Origin: Mobula hypostoma
Lineage: Eukaryota
Assembly (NCBI RefSeq): GCF_963921235.1
Contig: NC_086098.1
Coordinates: forward strand, 6,696,001 to 6,760,000
Reading direction: 5' to 3'
Length of the DNA: 64,000 nt
Shown: piece by piece, positions 49,863 to 62,510 of the stretch
How the letters are laid out: each line of letters starts with the position of its first letter
Numbering within the stretch: the first letter of the stretch is position 1
Translations under genes and position numbers: made by a program
Notes under the pieces: model-generated
The model's input: the letters and a program-made list of their open reading frames with translations, nothing else
What the model was told of the DNA's origin: nothing
Database searches by the model: none

Positions 49863-52699
49863 TTACTACCCCTCAACCATCAGGATCTTGAACAAAAGGG
49901 GATAACTACACTCATTTGCCCCATCATTGAAGTGTTCCCACAACCAATGATCTCACTTTAAGGTCTCTTTATCTAATAATCTCATGTTCTTGTTATTAAT
50001 TGCTATTTATTTATATTTGCATTTGCACAGTTTGTTGTCTTCAGCACTCTGGTTGATCGTTCATTGATCCTGTTTCAGTTACCATTCTATAGATTTGCTG
50101 AGTATTCCCACAGGAAAATGAATCTCAAGGTTGCATGTGGTGATATATGTGTACTCTGATAGTAAACTTACTTTGACTTTGACTTTATTAGGTATCTCCT
50201 GTATCTAATAAAGTGGCCACTGCGTGTCTGTTCATGGGTTCTGCTGCTGAAACTTGACCACCCACGTGCCATTCCTTATTTACTTATTTATAACATCACA
50301 TCTTACATGCAAGTAAGCATTAAAAATATTTGTATTGTTTATTTGTGAAAAAAACAAATCACTTCACTTAAGTAAGAAAATTGCCACGAAATGTAACACA
50401 AAGCTTAATGGATGCAGAATCCATTCTCAGGAATGTTTCGGTGGAAAAAATGTAGCGGTAAAATTAGAGATACTGAAGTAGGGTATAATCAATCATCGAT
50501 AAAGACAATGTCTTCCTTTATCAAGATCTCTAGAAGAGGTGTTTCAACATGCAAATAACTGATTATAGTCAACCTGATCTATAGTGGATCTCTCCTCTCT
50601 GCTTCAGAATTCTAATTTCTGATTGTTCATGCTACATGCTGTGACTGGCATCAGCTTCTGAATTCTCCAATTTTACACACGTTCTTTAGTTACATTACCA
50701 CATCAATAGATAGTGAAAAACACTAATTACTGATTAATATTTTGATGTATATGATTTTTTTTTCTATTGACATATGAAATGAAACCCCTTCCTAGAGATT
50801 TCTAGCCATTCCTCTTTCTCCGGTTCCTAGATATCTCACTTTAAATTTCAAGATTCAAGATTCAGGGTACATCTATTATCAAAGTATGTATGTGTACTTT
50901 ATCTGCACAGTCAGTTTTTCTTCATTTTAATTCTCTTTTTAGTTGATGCATTGTGCACTCTAAATTCAGAAGCGTATTTTGAAATTTTTGAGCTTTTATC
51001 TCAGAAAATGTTTATCTTCTGGATACAATGCTAGGAAAATTTTAGAACATTTTGTAAAGACATCCACTTATTACAGTCTTTAAGGAAATTACTGTCTTCA
51101 TGTGATTATCTATTTCACCTACTTAGCTGCTTGCTCTCCATATTGTACTGCCCCGGCGTGGTATCTAGACAGTTGGCAAGCAACATCCAAGGTCGACCCT
51201 GACCAACGGAGACCTCAGTATTTCATCTATAATTAGAACAATTAGCAGGTATATTTTAAAGAAACTATGTGAAAATGAGGAAGTGCAACATGAAAATATA
51301 TTGCGCTACATGGAGAATTACAGAAGCTTAGAAAAAATTGGCAGAGAAGGGGACATCTTGACCCATTGTAATTGCTCCAGTTCTTCGAAGCTGCCTACAA
51401 ATTAGATTAACTGCCTTGCCTTTTCTTCATAGCACATAACACGTGTGGGTGGGAGGGAGAAATGCAGTTTATTTTTGTCGTCGTTTGTTTCTTGTTGTGT
51501 TCTGTGTTGTTCTGCTGAGCACCGTGGGTAGGCCATATTAGAGCCAATGTGTGTGGTGACACTGGCGGGCTTCTCCCAGCACCTACTTAGGTTGTGTTGG
51601 CTATTAATGCAAAAGATACATTTCACTGTATGTTTCCATCTATGCACGACAAATAAACCTGAATGTTGAAACCTTTTCCCATTCAATAATTCAACACTAC
51701 TTTGAGAGTTAGTATTGAATCTTCTTCCAGTCTACTCATTTCAGTTCACAACGGACAGCTTTCTTTTAATATAATGTCATCTCACTTTTGGTTCTTTTAC
51801 AGTTACCACACGATCTCTGGGTTTCAGTGTTACTCCTTTTGTGGAAGGAATTCATTTCTCTTTAGTAATTCAGTCAAAACCTTTCACGGGCTTGGAACAT
51901 CTCTACTGAAGCTGCTCCAAGGAGAAGAGCCAAACTTTCTTTTGTAAAGCTTCTCGGTACCACGTTACTAAATCTCCATCTACTTCGATACCTTGAAATT
52001 TGCAATGGTGTGGTCTGAGGATATTGAGAAGAGGACCCAACATAGTTAGTAGAGGATAAATGTAATAGCTTCCTGTGGTTTTCTGTGGCTTTAATTATAA
52101 AGTCATAAGTTCAATATTCTTTTAGAATAGATTTCTTAGTTTGTCCTGTCCTAATACTGAGAACACGAGCTGTAAAGAGCCCTTGAAAGTGACTCTGTAG
52201 GTCATAGAATCAGTTCAGAGTAGTGGTAAATGAATTCATTGAGATACAGTGTGGAAAGACCCTTTCAGCCTTTCAAGCTGTGCTGCCCAGCAATCCCCCA
52301 AATTAACCCTATCCTGATCATGGGACAATTTGTAATGACCAATTAACCTGCCAACTGGTACGTCTTTGGACTGTAGGAGGAAATAAGTGAATATTTATTT
52401 ATATATACTGTACTTATATATTTATAGAGGGTTGTATCAGCTTTTTCCCCTCCCCCCAGTGCGGTCTATGTATTACCTCAGTATTGCACTGCACTGTAAA
52501 CTCTTTAAACCACATTTTATAAAATACATGCTGGTATATATGTATTTATGCACATTTTATTCCATATTATATTTCAACTTCTAATTTTATTTTTATATAG
52601 TTCTTTGTTCTTTATAATTGTTGAATATTGTTTTTTGTTGCCTGTTGCACCCGGACCAACTCACCCCAAATAAATCCCAATCCATGTAAGTGTATATAT

Positions 52700-53135
52700 A
52701 TTTTTTATTTATTCATTTATGGGATGTGGACATCGCCAGCTAAGCCACCATTTATTGCCCATCCCCAGTTGCCCTTGAGAAAATGGCGATGAGCTGCAGT
52801 CCCTGGGGCGTAGGTACACCCACAGGTCCGTTAGGGAGGGAATTCCATGATTTTGACCCAGTGACAATGAAGGAATGACGACATGTTTCCAAGTCAGGTT
52901 GGTGAGTGACTTGGAGGGGGATTTCCAAATGGTGGTGTTCCCAGGTATCTGCTGTTCTCGTCCTTCTAGATGGCAGTGTTCATGGGCCTGGAAGGTGCTG
53001 CTTTAGGAACTTTGGTGTGTTGTTGCAGTGCATCTTGTAGATAGTACACACTGCTGTAACTGTTCGTTGATGGTGGAGGGATTGGATGCTTGTGGAAGGG
53101 GCACCAGTCAAATGGGCTGTCAAGCTTCTTGAGTG
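52700..53135 (-). mobile_element. CR1/L2-group LINE 3' end with a tail of the type seen on Deu-SINEs
   Basis: SLHHQRTVTAVCTIYKMH and tail gggcaataaatggtggcttagctggcgatgtccacatccc. Confidence 0.6.
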
Positions 53136-55630
53136 TTGATGATATATGGCGAGTAAAGTTGATCCTTGATATTTAAGTGCTCTCTTCATTGGGAATTTTT
53201 TCCCCTCACCATCCCATCCCTCCGTTTGGGCTTTCTTCCTCTTTATATATTGAGACAAATCTTTGATTTCTTGTTTAATGCTGTCCACCCATCTATTTTC
53301 TTCTTTTATCTAATTTCTTCTCCAGTTTTTCTCCTTGCTTATTTCTTTGATGAGTAATGAATCATAAGACCCTTCCCAAACAAAGGCTGTTGGCCCGAAA
53401 TGTCAACTGTTGGCTCTTTTCCATAGGGGCTGCCTGACCTGCTGAAACCTCCAGCATTTTGTTTGGGTTACTCTGGATTTCCAGCGTCTGCAGAATTTCT
53501 TGTGTTCAGGAAACTTAAGCCTCATTTTCTTGGTAAAATTTGAGTTCTATATCATCAACAGCATCATCATAATTATCGTGTGCCGTGTCAATGATGTGGG
53601 CGATCATGGTCTTTCCATGACCATGATTATTCTTGGTAATTTTTTCTACAGAATTGGTTTGCCATGGCCTTCTTCTGAGCAGTGTCTTTACAAGATGGGT
53701 GACCCCAGCCATTACCAATACTCTTCAGAGATTGTCTGTCTGGCATCAGTGGTCGCATAACCAGAACTTGAGAGATGTGCTAGCTGCTCATACCTGCTCC
53801 CATGGCTTCACGTGACCCTGCTTGGGCGTGGGGGGGGGGGGGCGGTGCAAAGCAGGTGCTACACCTTGGTATACTGCAGGTTAGCGCAGGTAAGGAGCAC
53901 TTTACACCTCCTTTGGTAGAGACCTACTCCATCTTGTCTCCCACATTCCTAAATAGTTGGTCATAAAAGGATCTCTAGCTTGAGATGTTCTGCTGTTCTC
54001 TTTCATTGTAACATTTCCAATGTGCATCCAAACAATCTCTTCTTTAAATCCTTTTGATTTTTTTATTGACTGTTTTGTTTCTGTTGCTCTTTGATCCAAA
54101 CCACCCTTCTGACCTTCAGAATGCTCTGTTTGACTTGGGGCAACTAAATTAATCTTAGCATTCTAAAACCAGCAAAGCCGGAACTTGGAATAATGCTCCC
54201 AAAACATCGACTGTTTATTCCTTTCCACTGATGCTACCTGACCTGCTGATTTCCTCCAGCAGCCATTTTAAGAGATATAGCATGGAACCCGTCCTTCTGG
54301 CCCACTGAGCCACAGCACCCAACAGTCCAGCGATGCAACCCCGGTCTAATCACTGGGTCATTTACAATGACCCATTAACCTACTACATCATTAGACTGTG
54401 GGAGGAAAAGGGGGCATCCAGAGAAAATGCACATGGTTACGGGGAGAATGTACAAACTCCTCACAGACAGCTTTGGAATTGAACACTGAACTCTAATGCC
54501 CCAAGCTGTAATAGCGTCGTGCTAATCTCTACACCGGTGTGGTGTCCATTTTGTGTGTGTGTTGCTCTGGATTTCCAGCATCTGCAGAATCTCCTGTGTT
54601 CAGGAATAATGTTCCTGCTCCCAAAGGCTTGCTGAAACACTGGTGTGTATTTAGTCACTTCTGTAAAAAATATACTGCGAAAAGGATTTTGTTTTTTTAC
54701 ATCTTGCTGCCTAGTTTTGAGAATTAAAAAGAATGGCTACTTTGATGAGATTTACCAAACATGTGAGGAATCAAACTCTTTCATGGCAGGTCTACTATCC
54801 CTGGGGTAACTTGGAGGAAGTTAAAAGTGAAAGAGAAACCTCAGCAAAATTCAACGGTTTAAAAAAAATTAGTATGGAGATTAAGTGAAATTAACCCATA
54901 CCTGGAAGAATTTACTATTTATAAACTGTGCCAATTGTATCAAATACAAAACAGCATAAAAACATACTCATACTCAGAATCACATTTAATATCACTGGCA
55001 TATGTCATGAAATTTGTTTTATGTCAGCATTGCAGCGCAATACATGAAACAGTATAAAATACATGAAATATATTAAATACGTAGTGCAAAAAGAAAACAA
55101 CAAGAAAATCAAAATCTCGACAAAAATCTGTTTCTGTGATGTCTCTATTGATTTCTTATCGAGCTCACGCTGTAGGCTACACTGCCCTCTACCCTGGTCA
55201 CCCGTGTGCCTGAATCCTCTAGTTCCGTTAAGGTGAAGAGGCCCTGTCAAACCTTCCAACTAGAATCATTTGAAGAGAATATAACTTGTAATAAAGGACA
55301 ATTTGTTACCTAACCAACACTTTCAAATTCTTTTCTTCCAAATGTGAATTACTCAAAGCTTCAGTGTGATGGTTATGGTTGTTTGTCTACATTTGTCGTT
55401 TAACTAAATCACCAGGAAAAACATCTTGCGCTGCCGGTAAGCATAATTAAAGCGGACGGTTCGAGTCTAGGCACTGATAATAGTAGCTGTCTCTGTTCTC
55501 AGAACTGTCGGGCTCCTATTTGACTCAGGGGCTGGTTCATGTTGTGAGGTGAACCAAACGGGTCAAAATTTAAAATCAAAGTACCGTGGATGACAAAAGG
55601 AAAAATAAAACGAAACAGAATAAAAACTCG

Positions 55631-55632
<2 letters not shown>

Positions 55633-55679
<47 letters not shown>
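55633..55679. repeat. (AC)n microsatellite, about 23 units
   Basis: Read directly from the sequence. Confidence 0.97.
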
Positions 55680-55683
<4 letters not shown>

Positions 55684-55763
55684 ATGCTGGAAGAATTCAG
55701 CAGGTCAGGCAGCATCTATAGAAAAAAACAGTCGACGTTTCGGGTCGAGATCCTTCATCAGGA
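55680..55763 (-). mobile_element. Short Penelope pLTR fragment with hammerhead core
   Basis: Minus strand reads tc-ctgatga-a-ggatctcgaccc-gaaacgtc-gactg. Confidence 0.75.
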
Positions 55764-56399
55764 AAGTAGACAACGTATTTGGAGAAAGAGCGCCCGAGTA
55801 AAGTATTCGAGTTCTACGATTGCTATTCTGAAATTGTGAAGTCAATTCGGTTTTCCCAATTCATAGATCAGAAGATGAATAAGTATCGTCCTAAAGGAAA
55901 TCAAAACTAAAACTGTAGGTGCGGTGCTGGAAACCTAAAATTAAATTGAAGTGTGCAGCTACAATCTAAAACAAAAATTACAGCGCTCGTTGTCTGGTGA
56001 CCTCTGTTCTCAGATGCCTCTGGCGTGGATGTGGGGGAAGCCCTGGGTACTGAAAGATATTGTCTGGGCGTGCAGTGGAGGTTGACGTACGGGAAGGGGC
56101 TCATTGGCTGAGGAGCAGGAAGATAACGTGTCTCCTTGTTTTCGGGGAAAAGGGCAGAACTGAAATCCGCCTGACTGCACTTCAGCAAAGTATTCCGTCA
56201 CATATACAAAATAAAACAATTATCTGGTAGCTCACTCTCCCTTTCACCGGACAGCTTTTTGTAATTGTTCAGTCTCTCTCTCCCTCTCTACCCTAGTTCT
56301 CTCGACACACTCCCCGGACTGACTCCCGTTTGGTATCTATCGCTCTTTCAGTTCTTTGTGCTCTGGGGTCACATTTTTGTTAAACCAAAAAAAAATCTT

Positions 56400-56915
56400 G
56401 CTAACTCTATTAATCTTTGTCCCGGATCTCATGCGGAGTCAGAGATGTCCCCGATGCTAATCCCTTCTGGAGGCTCACTCTAACTGCTGCGCGTGTCTTT
56501 TTTATGTCCTGGATCTCAGCAGCAGCGCAAAATCCCCTCTCGGTCCGGTCTCACCAACCACGCGTGTTACTGTGTCTGTGTGGACTTGGCTTCATTGGAG
56601 AAGAACAACCCTCCTCCGCCCTTCTCGCCCTCCTATTGGCGGCGTTCCTCCACCTCTTGGGCCAGCGCTGTCCGCAAGCCCGTGCCGTGAGTGGGCGACG
56701 GGGCTGTCAATCAGCGCCGGAACCGTGTGATTGACGTGGCGGCTGGCCGGATCTCCGCCCTCAGCAAGCACTGGGCGCTATTTGAGTGTGTGGAATAAGC
56801 CTTGCTCCCAGAGCCTGGGACTTAAAGCACAGAAACGCGGGCGAGTTTGCTGCCAGAGTAGCAGTCAATAATAATAATAATAAAAACCTTTACAATCCAA
56901 GCCACCGCTTATACC
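56400..56915 (+). promoter_or_regulatory. CpG-rich promoter and 5' UTR of the EphA receptor gene
   Basis: CpG density rises sharply over ~55.7-60.0 kb. Reverse CCAAT (ATTGG) at 56594 and 56635, GC box at 56616, PBX/PREP-type motifs at 56704 and 56728, and a Kozak ACCATGG. Confidence 0.65.
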
Positions 56916-57012
56916 ATGGGCTTCAAGCTCAGCAACGCTGTCTGGATTATCGGCTGCTGCATTTCTGTACTCAGCACCATTCTCACGCATCTGACGCAGG
57001 CTGCAAGAGAAG
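56916..57012 (+). CDS. EPHA7: Ephrin type-A receptor (EphA7-like) coding exon 1, signal peptide
   Basis: MGFKLSNAVWIIGCCISVLSTILTHLTQAARE compared with human EPHA7 MVFQTRYPSWIILCYIWLLRFAHTGEAQAAKE as recalled (same length). 97 nt, donor AG|GTAAGA. An EphA10 orthologue is not excluded. Confidence 0.88.
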
Positions 57013-60000
57013 GTAAGAAACTGAAAAAGTCTACCTCCTCCTCCTTCCTTTAACGGACTGCTTGCTTGACCGATCCGCTACTTCTGGATGGGACATGTGG
57101 GGATCTCGTGCCGGTGAAATTCCCCACTCCGTTCTCTTTCCCGGGAAGGACAGTGGAGCATCCAGCAAGCCAGTGGGAGTCCCAGCACTGGACGCTCGGA
57201 GTTGGGCGCGCATTGCACTCTTTAGATTTAGTGCCAATAGCTAAGGGAACACACACACAAAAAAATGCAATAAATCCTCTTTAAATTAGCCGTGCAAAAC
57301 GGTCTGATGTTTCCTCCTCTTTTGGACGATCGGCCCGCTATATCATTTATTCATTCTTTTTTTAAAAAAAAATCTGCATGCCTTCTTGCAACCGTTGCAT
57401 TTGACGATTTGGAAATCTCTCCGGCCGACACATCACATCCCGAGCACTTGCAGAGAAGTCAGACGGTGGCAGGGCCAGTTCCTGCCGCTTGGAAGTCGCA
57501 TCCCCGAGCCGACGTGTCATAGAAAAGTACAGCACAGAAACAGGCCCTTCGGCCCACCATTTAAACTGCCTCCGTGAACCAGAGCCCTCCATTCCCCTAC
57601 CAACCATGTACCCATGTACCAACCATCCAAACTTCTCTGCAACGCTGAGATCGAGCTCCCAAGCACCGGTCGGTAAAACGCTGCAAACGCCCGAATGCAA
57701 CCGGGCATCTTGACGTGGATGTTCGGACCCGCGGGGAGACGTGACACACACAACAGTTTTTAGCGGCAGAGTTTCGGAGCAGCCGGGTCGTCCGAGTTCC
57801 CTTCTGCTGGGGACGCCGCTGAAAAGTTTTTTTAATATATATAATTCTGAGGAGTTGGGTTACATTTCGCTGGTCTGCTGTTTCGAATGGCAGACGTGCT
57901 GACGGGGGTTAAAAAACGGCAGTGCCGCGTAACGGGAGCAGAAAGTTAGTTTGAACATTGTTGAGGAAGGATGGACTGGCGAAGATGAAAGCGAATTTTA
58001 CAGATTGCCAAATTACCCGACCGCCTTGTTGACGAGAAGACGGCGCTGAGTCACAGTCTGATATCTGTACTCTTCACAGACCGATCCCCTTCGTGGGGGG
58101 TTGCAGCCTCCACTCTTTACAAATGAAGGTGTCGCAGTGGGCGCAGGAACAGTGGCAGATACGGGACATAAGTCGGTTTTTAAAGCGGGTGGAAATTTTC
58201 GGGAAGTTCGCGTACGGACCCCGAGCGGCATCACGAAATTATCACGGCGCTCTGCTCTCCGGGTTGGCACCTCAGCTTTTTAACCGCATTTAAACCTTTC
58301 AAAGTAGCGTCAAACGCCGAGACCGAAACACTAACTTGCCGTAGCACAACCAGTAAACTGCGCCTGTTGTTTATGGGTCGTTGCAAACGATTTGCTATCA
58401 AATTTACCCTTGACATTAAATATAATTAAAACGATCAAACAGGATAATATGCATAGTTTTGCATTAGGTAAATGGTTCAGCATTAAATAAATTGGTTTAC
58501 TAGTCACTGCAAGCAATTTGCTGCGGGATTTACATTTAGCATTAAATATAATTAGTATGCTCAGATAGGTACAATGTGCACACGTCTCTGCATAAGGTAA
58601 ATGGTTCGGCATGAAATACACGCGAAAAATAAACGTTTAGCTCCTGTTTCCGATTTTAAACAAAATTAAAACGGTAGTTGCATTCTGAAGCAGCAGTCGC
58701 CTGCTGTCTGTGGGTCTGTACGAGTTACCTGTCGCTTGGAGGCGGGCTGTAGTTTCTGTCGGCACATTCTTCTACCTGGGTAGAGGTAGAGCTGTCTGTC
58801 ATCCCTCCCCCCCCCCCCATCCCCGCGACTGACTTTTAACTGTAGAGCGTTTGTCAAGCATCTTACTGAGAACGAACACTCTCCCGATGCGCTGGTTAGT
58901 TAACGTTCCGTTTTCATCCGCTTCCAACTTAACTGGGGCATCGATCACATTAAGAGATTTCAATGCACACCTAACTAAATGGGTAAAACTCGTAGAGCAC
59001 ACGAAAACCCAGTGGCTCCACATTAATCCTGGTTTATAGTTTAACGTGAGTTTATAGCGATGCTAGGATGAAGTACTCGGCTACGAGGCTAATCTGACCA
59101 TTGATGTCTTAATTTTTAAAAAATCTATTTTACAAATTCAAGTATTTCTGATTTTAATGGATGTCAATATTAACAATTAATGGAACAATAGATACTAAAT
59201 TTTTATATCTGAATAAACTTTATTCCTAATAAAAATAAATACAAGAATGAAATCTTTCATTTCTACATTCATAGTCAGTGCTTTCAGTGGAGTTCTATTA
59301 AATTCCCTAAAACCAGTAAGACTGTTGCCATTCCTGTGCCCCCCTCCCTCTGGTGGGACCCTACTACAATAAAAATTATGGGTATCCTCACGCAACCCGG
59401 CCCCTCTCTCTCCGGGAGCAGAAGACCCCGACTCTGTGGACGGGAGTCCTGTCCGTTCGGGGACTTTTAAACTCCCGCGCCCCACCGCGTGTAAAACCCA
59501 TTTTCGGCGGAGAATGTACTGGGATGGACACCCGCTCGAACGTTTGCCGGCAGACGCCAGAATCCGATTCGACTTCGATCTGCAGTGAGAAAAAACCGCG
59601 CCGAACTGTCCGCCCGAAACCCTTGTTCCCAGAAGAAGAATTGACAGTGAATTCTCGTCAATGAGACCCAAGTCAAAGGAGAGAGCGAATCCTGGCTGTA
59701 CCATCTCCCATTTCCTGAAAATGCTTAAGCGCACACTGCAAGCGGTGCTGTTATTTGTTTTTTCTGCGCGATTAGACAGCTGGGCACCACAGTAACGAAT
59801 ATTTTACAAGCGGCCGAAGAAACTGAGGAATTTAGACCCGGTTCTTTAAAAGATAATTTAAAACTAAACGAGGGCTGAGTGGGAATGCAAGGTGGTTCGT
59901 TACGATTTTGTGTATTAATAAAAAGTGTTGAAAGCACGGATAATTTGTAACAAATCACCGAATTTGGAAGCAGTTTAATTAGTCCCAACTGCTTTAGGTA

Positions 60001-60107
60001 ATGTACTGCGCGCCGTTTGGGCAATTTCATTTGGATTTGGGATAAGTGTTAAATTGAATTCTGTAGTCTAATCCCGTCATAAAACTGTTCTCTGTTGATA
60101 TAATTAG

Positions 60108-60440
60108 GTTCAAGATTCAATATTATTGTCATTTGCAGTTCGCAAGTGTAAAGGAGAACGAAATAATTGTTGCTCCAAATCCAATGCAGCAGAAAAAAGC
60201 AACACAATGAGATAAAGAACGCAATAATTAAGAAGCATAATAAATATAAATACACAAGATAGCTTCTACACATAGATTGATTTTCTGCCCACAAAGTGAC
60301 AAGGTGACTCTGACAGGAAGTGATAAAAGTAGTGGTGTTTGGGGGTGTGGAGGGGTGGAGGGGTGGAGGTGTTGATCAGACTTACTGCTTGGGGAAAGGA
60401 ACTGTTTTTGAGTCTGGTGGTCCTGGCATGGATGCTACAG
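60108..60440 (-). mobile_element. Rex/L2-type LINE 3' remnant in intron 1
   Basis: Reverse tail ttcaagattcaa and ggaactgtttttgagtctggtggtcc. Similar to 60915-61180. Confidence 0.6.
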
Positions 60441-60478
60441 CTTCACATTATTTGTTTGATCTCTCTCTTTCCCTGAAG

Positions 60479-60543
60479 TTATTTTACTGGATTCCAAAGT
60501 GCAGCAGACGGAGCTGGAATGGATCTCTTTTCCTGCCGACGGG
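60479..60543 (+). CDS. EPHA7: Ephrin type-A receptor (EphA7-like) coding exon 2, start of ligand-binding domain
   Basis: Acceptor ctctctctttccctgaag and donor GGG|GTAAGC. The 65-nt exon is in phase with exon 1 and gives VILLDSKVQQTELEWISFPADG, against EPHA7 VLLLDSKAQQTELEWISSPPNG. Confidence 0.93.
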
Positions 60544-61686
60544 GTAAGCGCAACGTTTCCAGCTTGTTTCCCCCCACCCCCACAAATATTTTAGCCAAGG
60601 CTGGCAGCGCTAATCTGAGGATCTTCGGAATTGCATTCCCGATATAGGTTTTATTTTTTTAGAATCAGAATCAGCTTTAGTATCACTGACGTATGTCATG
60701 AAATTTGTTGTCTTACGATGGCAGGGCACTAAATACATAAATGAACTATAAGTTACGATAGGAAATAAATATAAAATAAATTAAATTAGTAGTGCAAAAA
60801 GAGAGGACAAAAATGGGTTCATTGTCCGTTCAGAAATGTGATGGCAGAGGGGAAGAAGCTGTTGATAAAACTATGTGTGGTGTGTCTTCAGGCTCCTGTA
60901 TTTCCTCCTTGATTCAAGATTCTAGATTGTTTAATGTCATTCCCAGTACACACGTGTAAAGCAGAATGAAATAATTGTTGCTCCAGATCTGATGCAACAT
61001 TAAAAAAGACAATAAGATAAAAACAATAAAACATAATGAATATAAATGCACAAGACAGCTAATCTACATAGATTAATTGCATGCCCATAAAGTAACACTA
61101 AGCACTATACGCTCTGTAAATAAAGTGACTGGCGCTGGTGGTTGTGGTGGAGGCTGTGCAGGGGTGGGTTAGTGGGTGGAGGTTGCAATTTGGCAAGGGC
61201 AATGAGTATTAGGGGTCCTTAATGATGCTGATGTCATTTATTAGAGCGGCCCTGAATGACCACATTGCCACCTCAATTAGTGAGAAGTCCCACTGTTGAA
61301 AGTAATTAGCACTAATCTAAAAGGGAATGTAAGATCACAGAAGGTAACATCGATCACACTTTCCATCATTTAGATAGTTCAGACTGGGAGCAAATGGGAA
61401 TTTAATAAATAACAGTCAATTGATTTCCAATACACACACACACACAAACAATAAAACTAATAAAAGGCTAGATGTGTTCATTTAGCCTTTCTCTAACTGC
61501 TCTTTCTGTTAGAAATAACTGTGCTATTTTAATTGCTTTTGGGAAATTTCGATGTAAGGAACTTTGTGAGGCCTGCACTTTATTTAGGGCAATTAATTTA
61601 ACTATATCCCATATCAAATATATTAAATACTTAAAATAAAAAAGCTAATTTTAAATCAGGCCAGCATTTGTTTAACATCAGAGTCA

Positions 61687-61902
61687 TACACATAAATTGC
61701 TGGAGGAACTCAGCAGGTCAAGCAACATCTGTGGAAAGGAACAAACAGTTGATGTTTCAGGAAGAGACCCTTCATGAGTCCTGATGAAAGGTCTCAGCCT
61801 GAAATATCAAGTGTTTATTCATGCTACCTGACCTGCAAAGTTCCTCCAGCATTTTGTGTGTGTTGCTCCGGATTTCCAGCATCTGCAGAATCTCTTGTGT
61901 TT
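61687..61902. mobile_element. Palindromic Penelope pLTR mini-element in intron 2
   Basis: Inverted arms meet at cccttcat-gagtc-ctgatgaaagg (~61768-61790). Confidence 0.75.
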
Positions 61903-62297
61903 TGTATAATTCCACTCAAGGAGTATGAAGCTATGAAGCTAATTTCGTAATAACAAGATATATGAAAACTTGAAGTTTTGAATTATATATAGAACATATA
62001 ATATTACAGTACAGTACAGGCTCTTTGGCGTTTGGCCACCGTGCGCTGTCATACTTCAAGGTTCATCTAACCCTTCCCTCCCACGTAGCCCTCCATTTTC
62101 CTTTTCAAGGTGATCTGAAGTGAAGGATGTACTTACCTAACGCAGGACAAAAATTTGGACACAATTCCATTGCTGAAAGATCAACACTATAACAAACAAA
62201 TTAATACAATTCAACGATAACAGCAGACAGTTTGCACACCCGCTGTATGACGTGATATACAGCAAGTCTTTTGCAGTCTACAAGGACGAACTCAGAC

Positions 62298-62510
62298 TTA
62301 TTTATTGAGATACAGCCCTGAATAGGTCCTTTCTGCTCTTCGAGATGTGCTGGCCAGCAATCCCCTGATTTAACCCTAGCTAAATCGTGGGACAATTTAC
62401 AGTGAACAATTAACCTTCCAACTAGTACGTCCTTGGACCATGGGAGGAAGTTGAAGTACCCAGAGGAAACCCACGTGGTCATGGGAAGAACATGCCAACT
62501 CCTTACCGAC
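62298..62510 (-). mobile_element. V-SINE
   Basis: Reverse V-domain ggaaacccacgtggtcatgggaagaacatgccaactcc. Confidence 0.7.

Noticed and set aside
56786..57016. 76-aa ORF overlapping exon 1
   Set aside because: Wrong frame. The credible start is the Kozak ATG at 56916, which splices in frame to exon 2.
59195..59734. 179-aa minus-strand ORF in intron 1
   Set aside because: No recognisable domain, and expected by chance in GC-rich CpG-island DNA.
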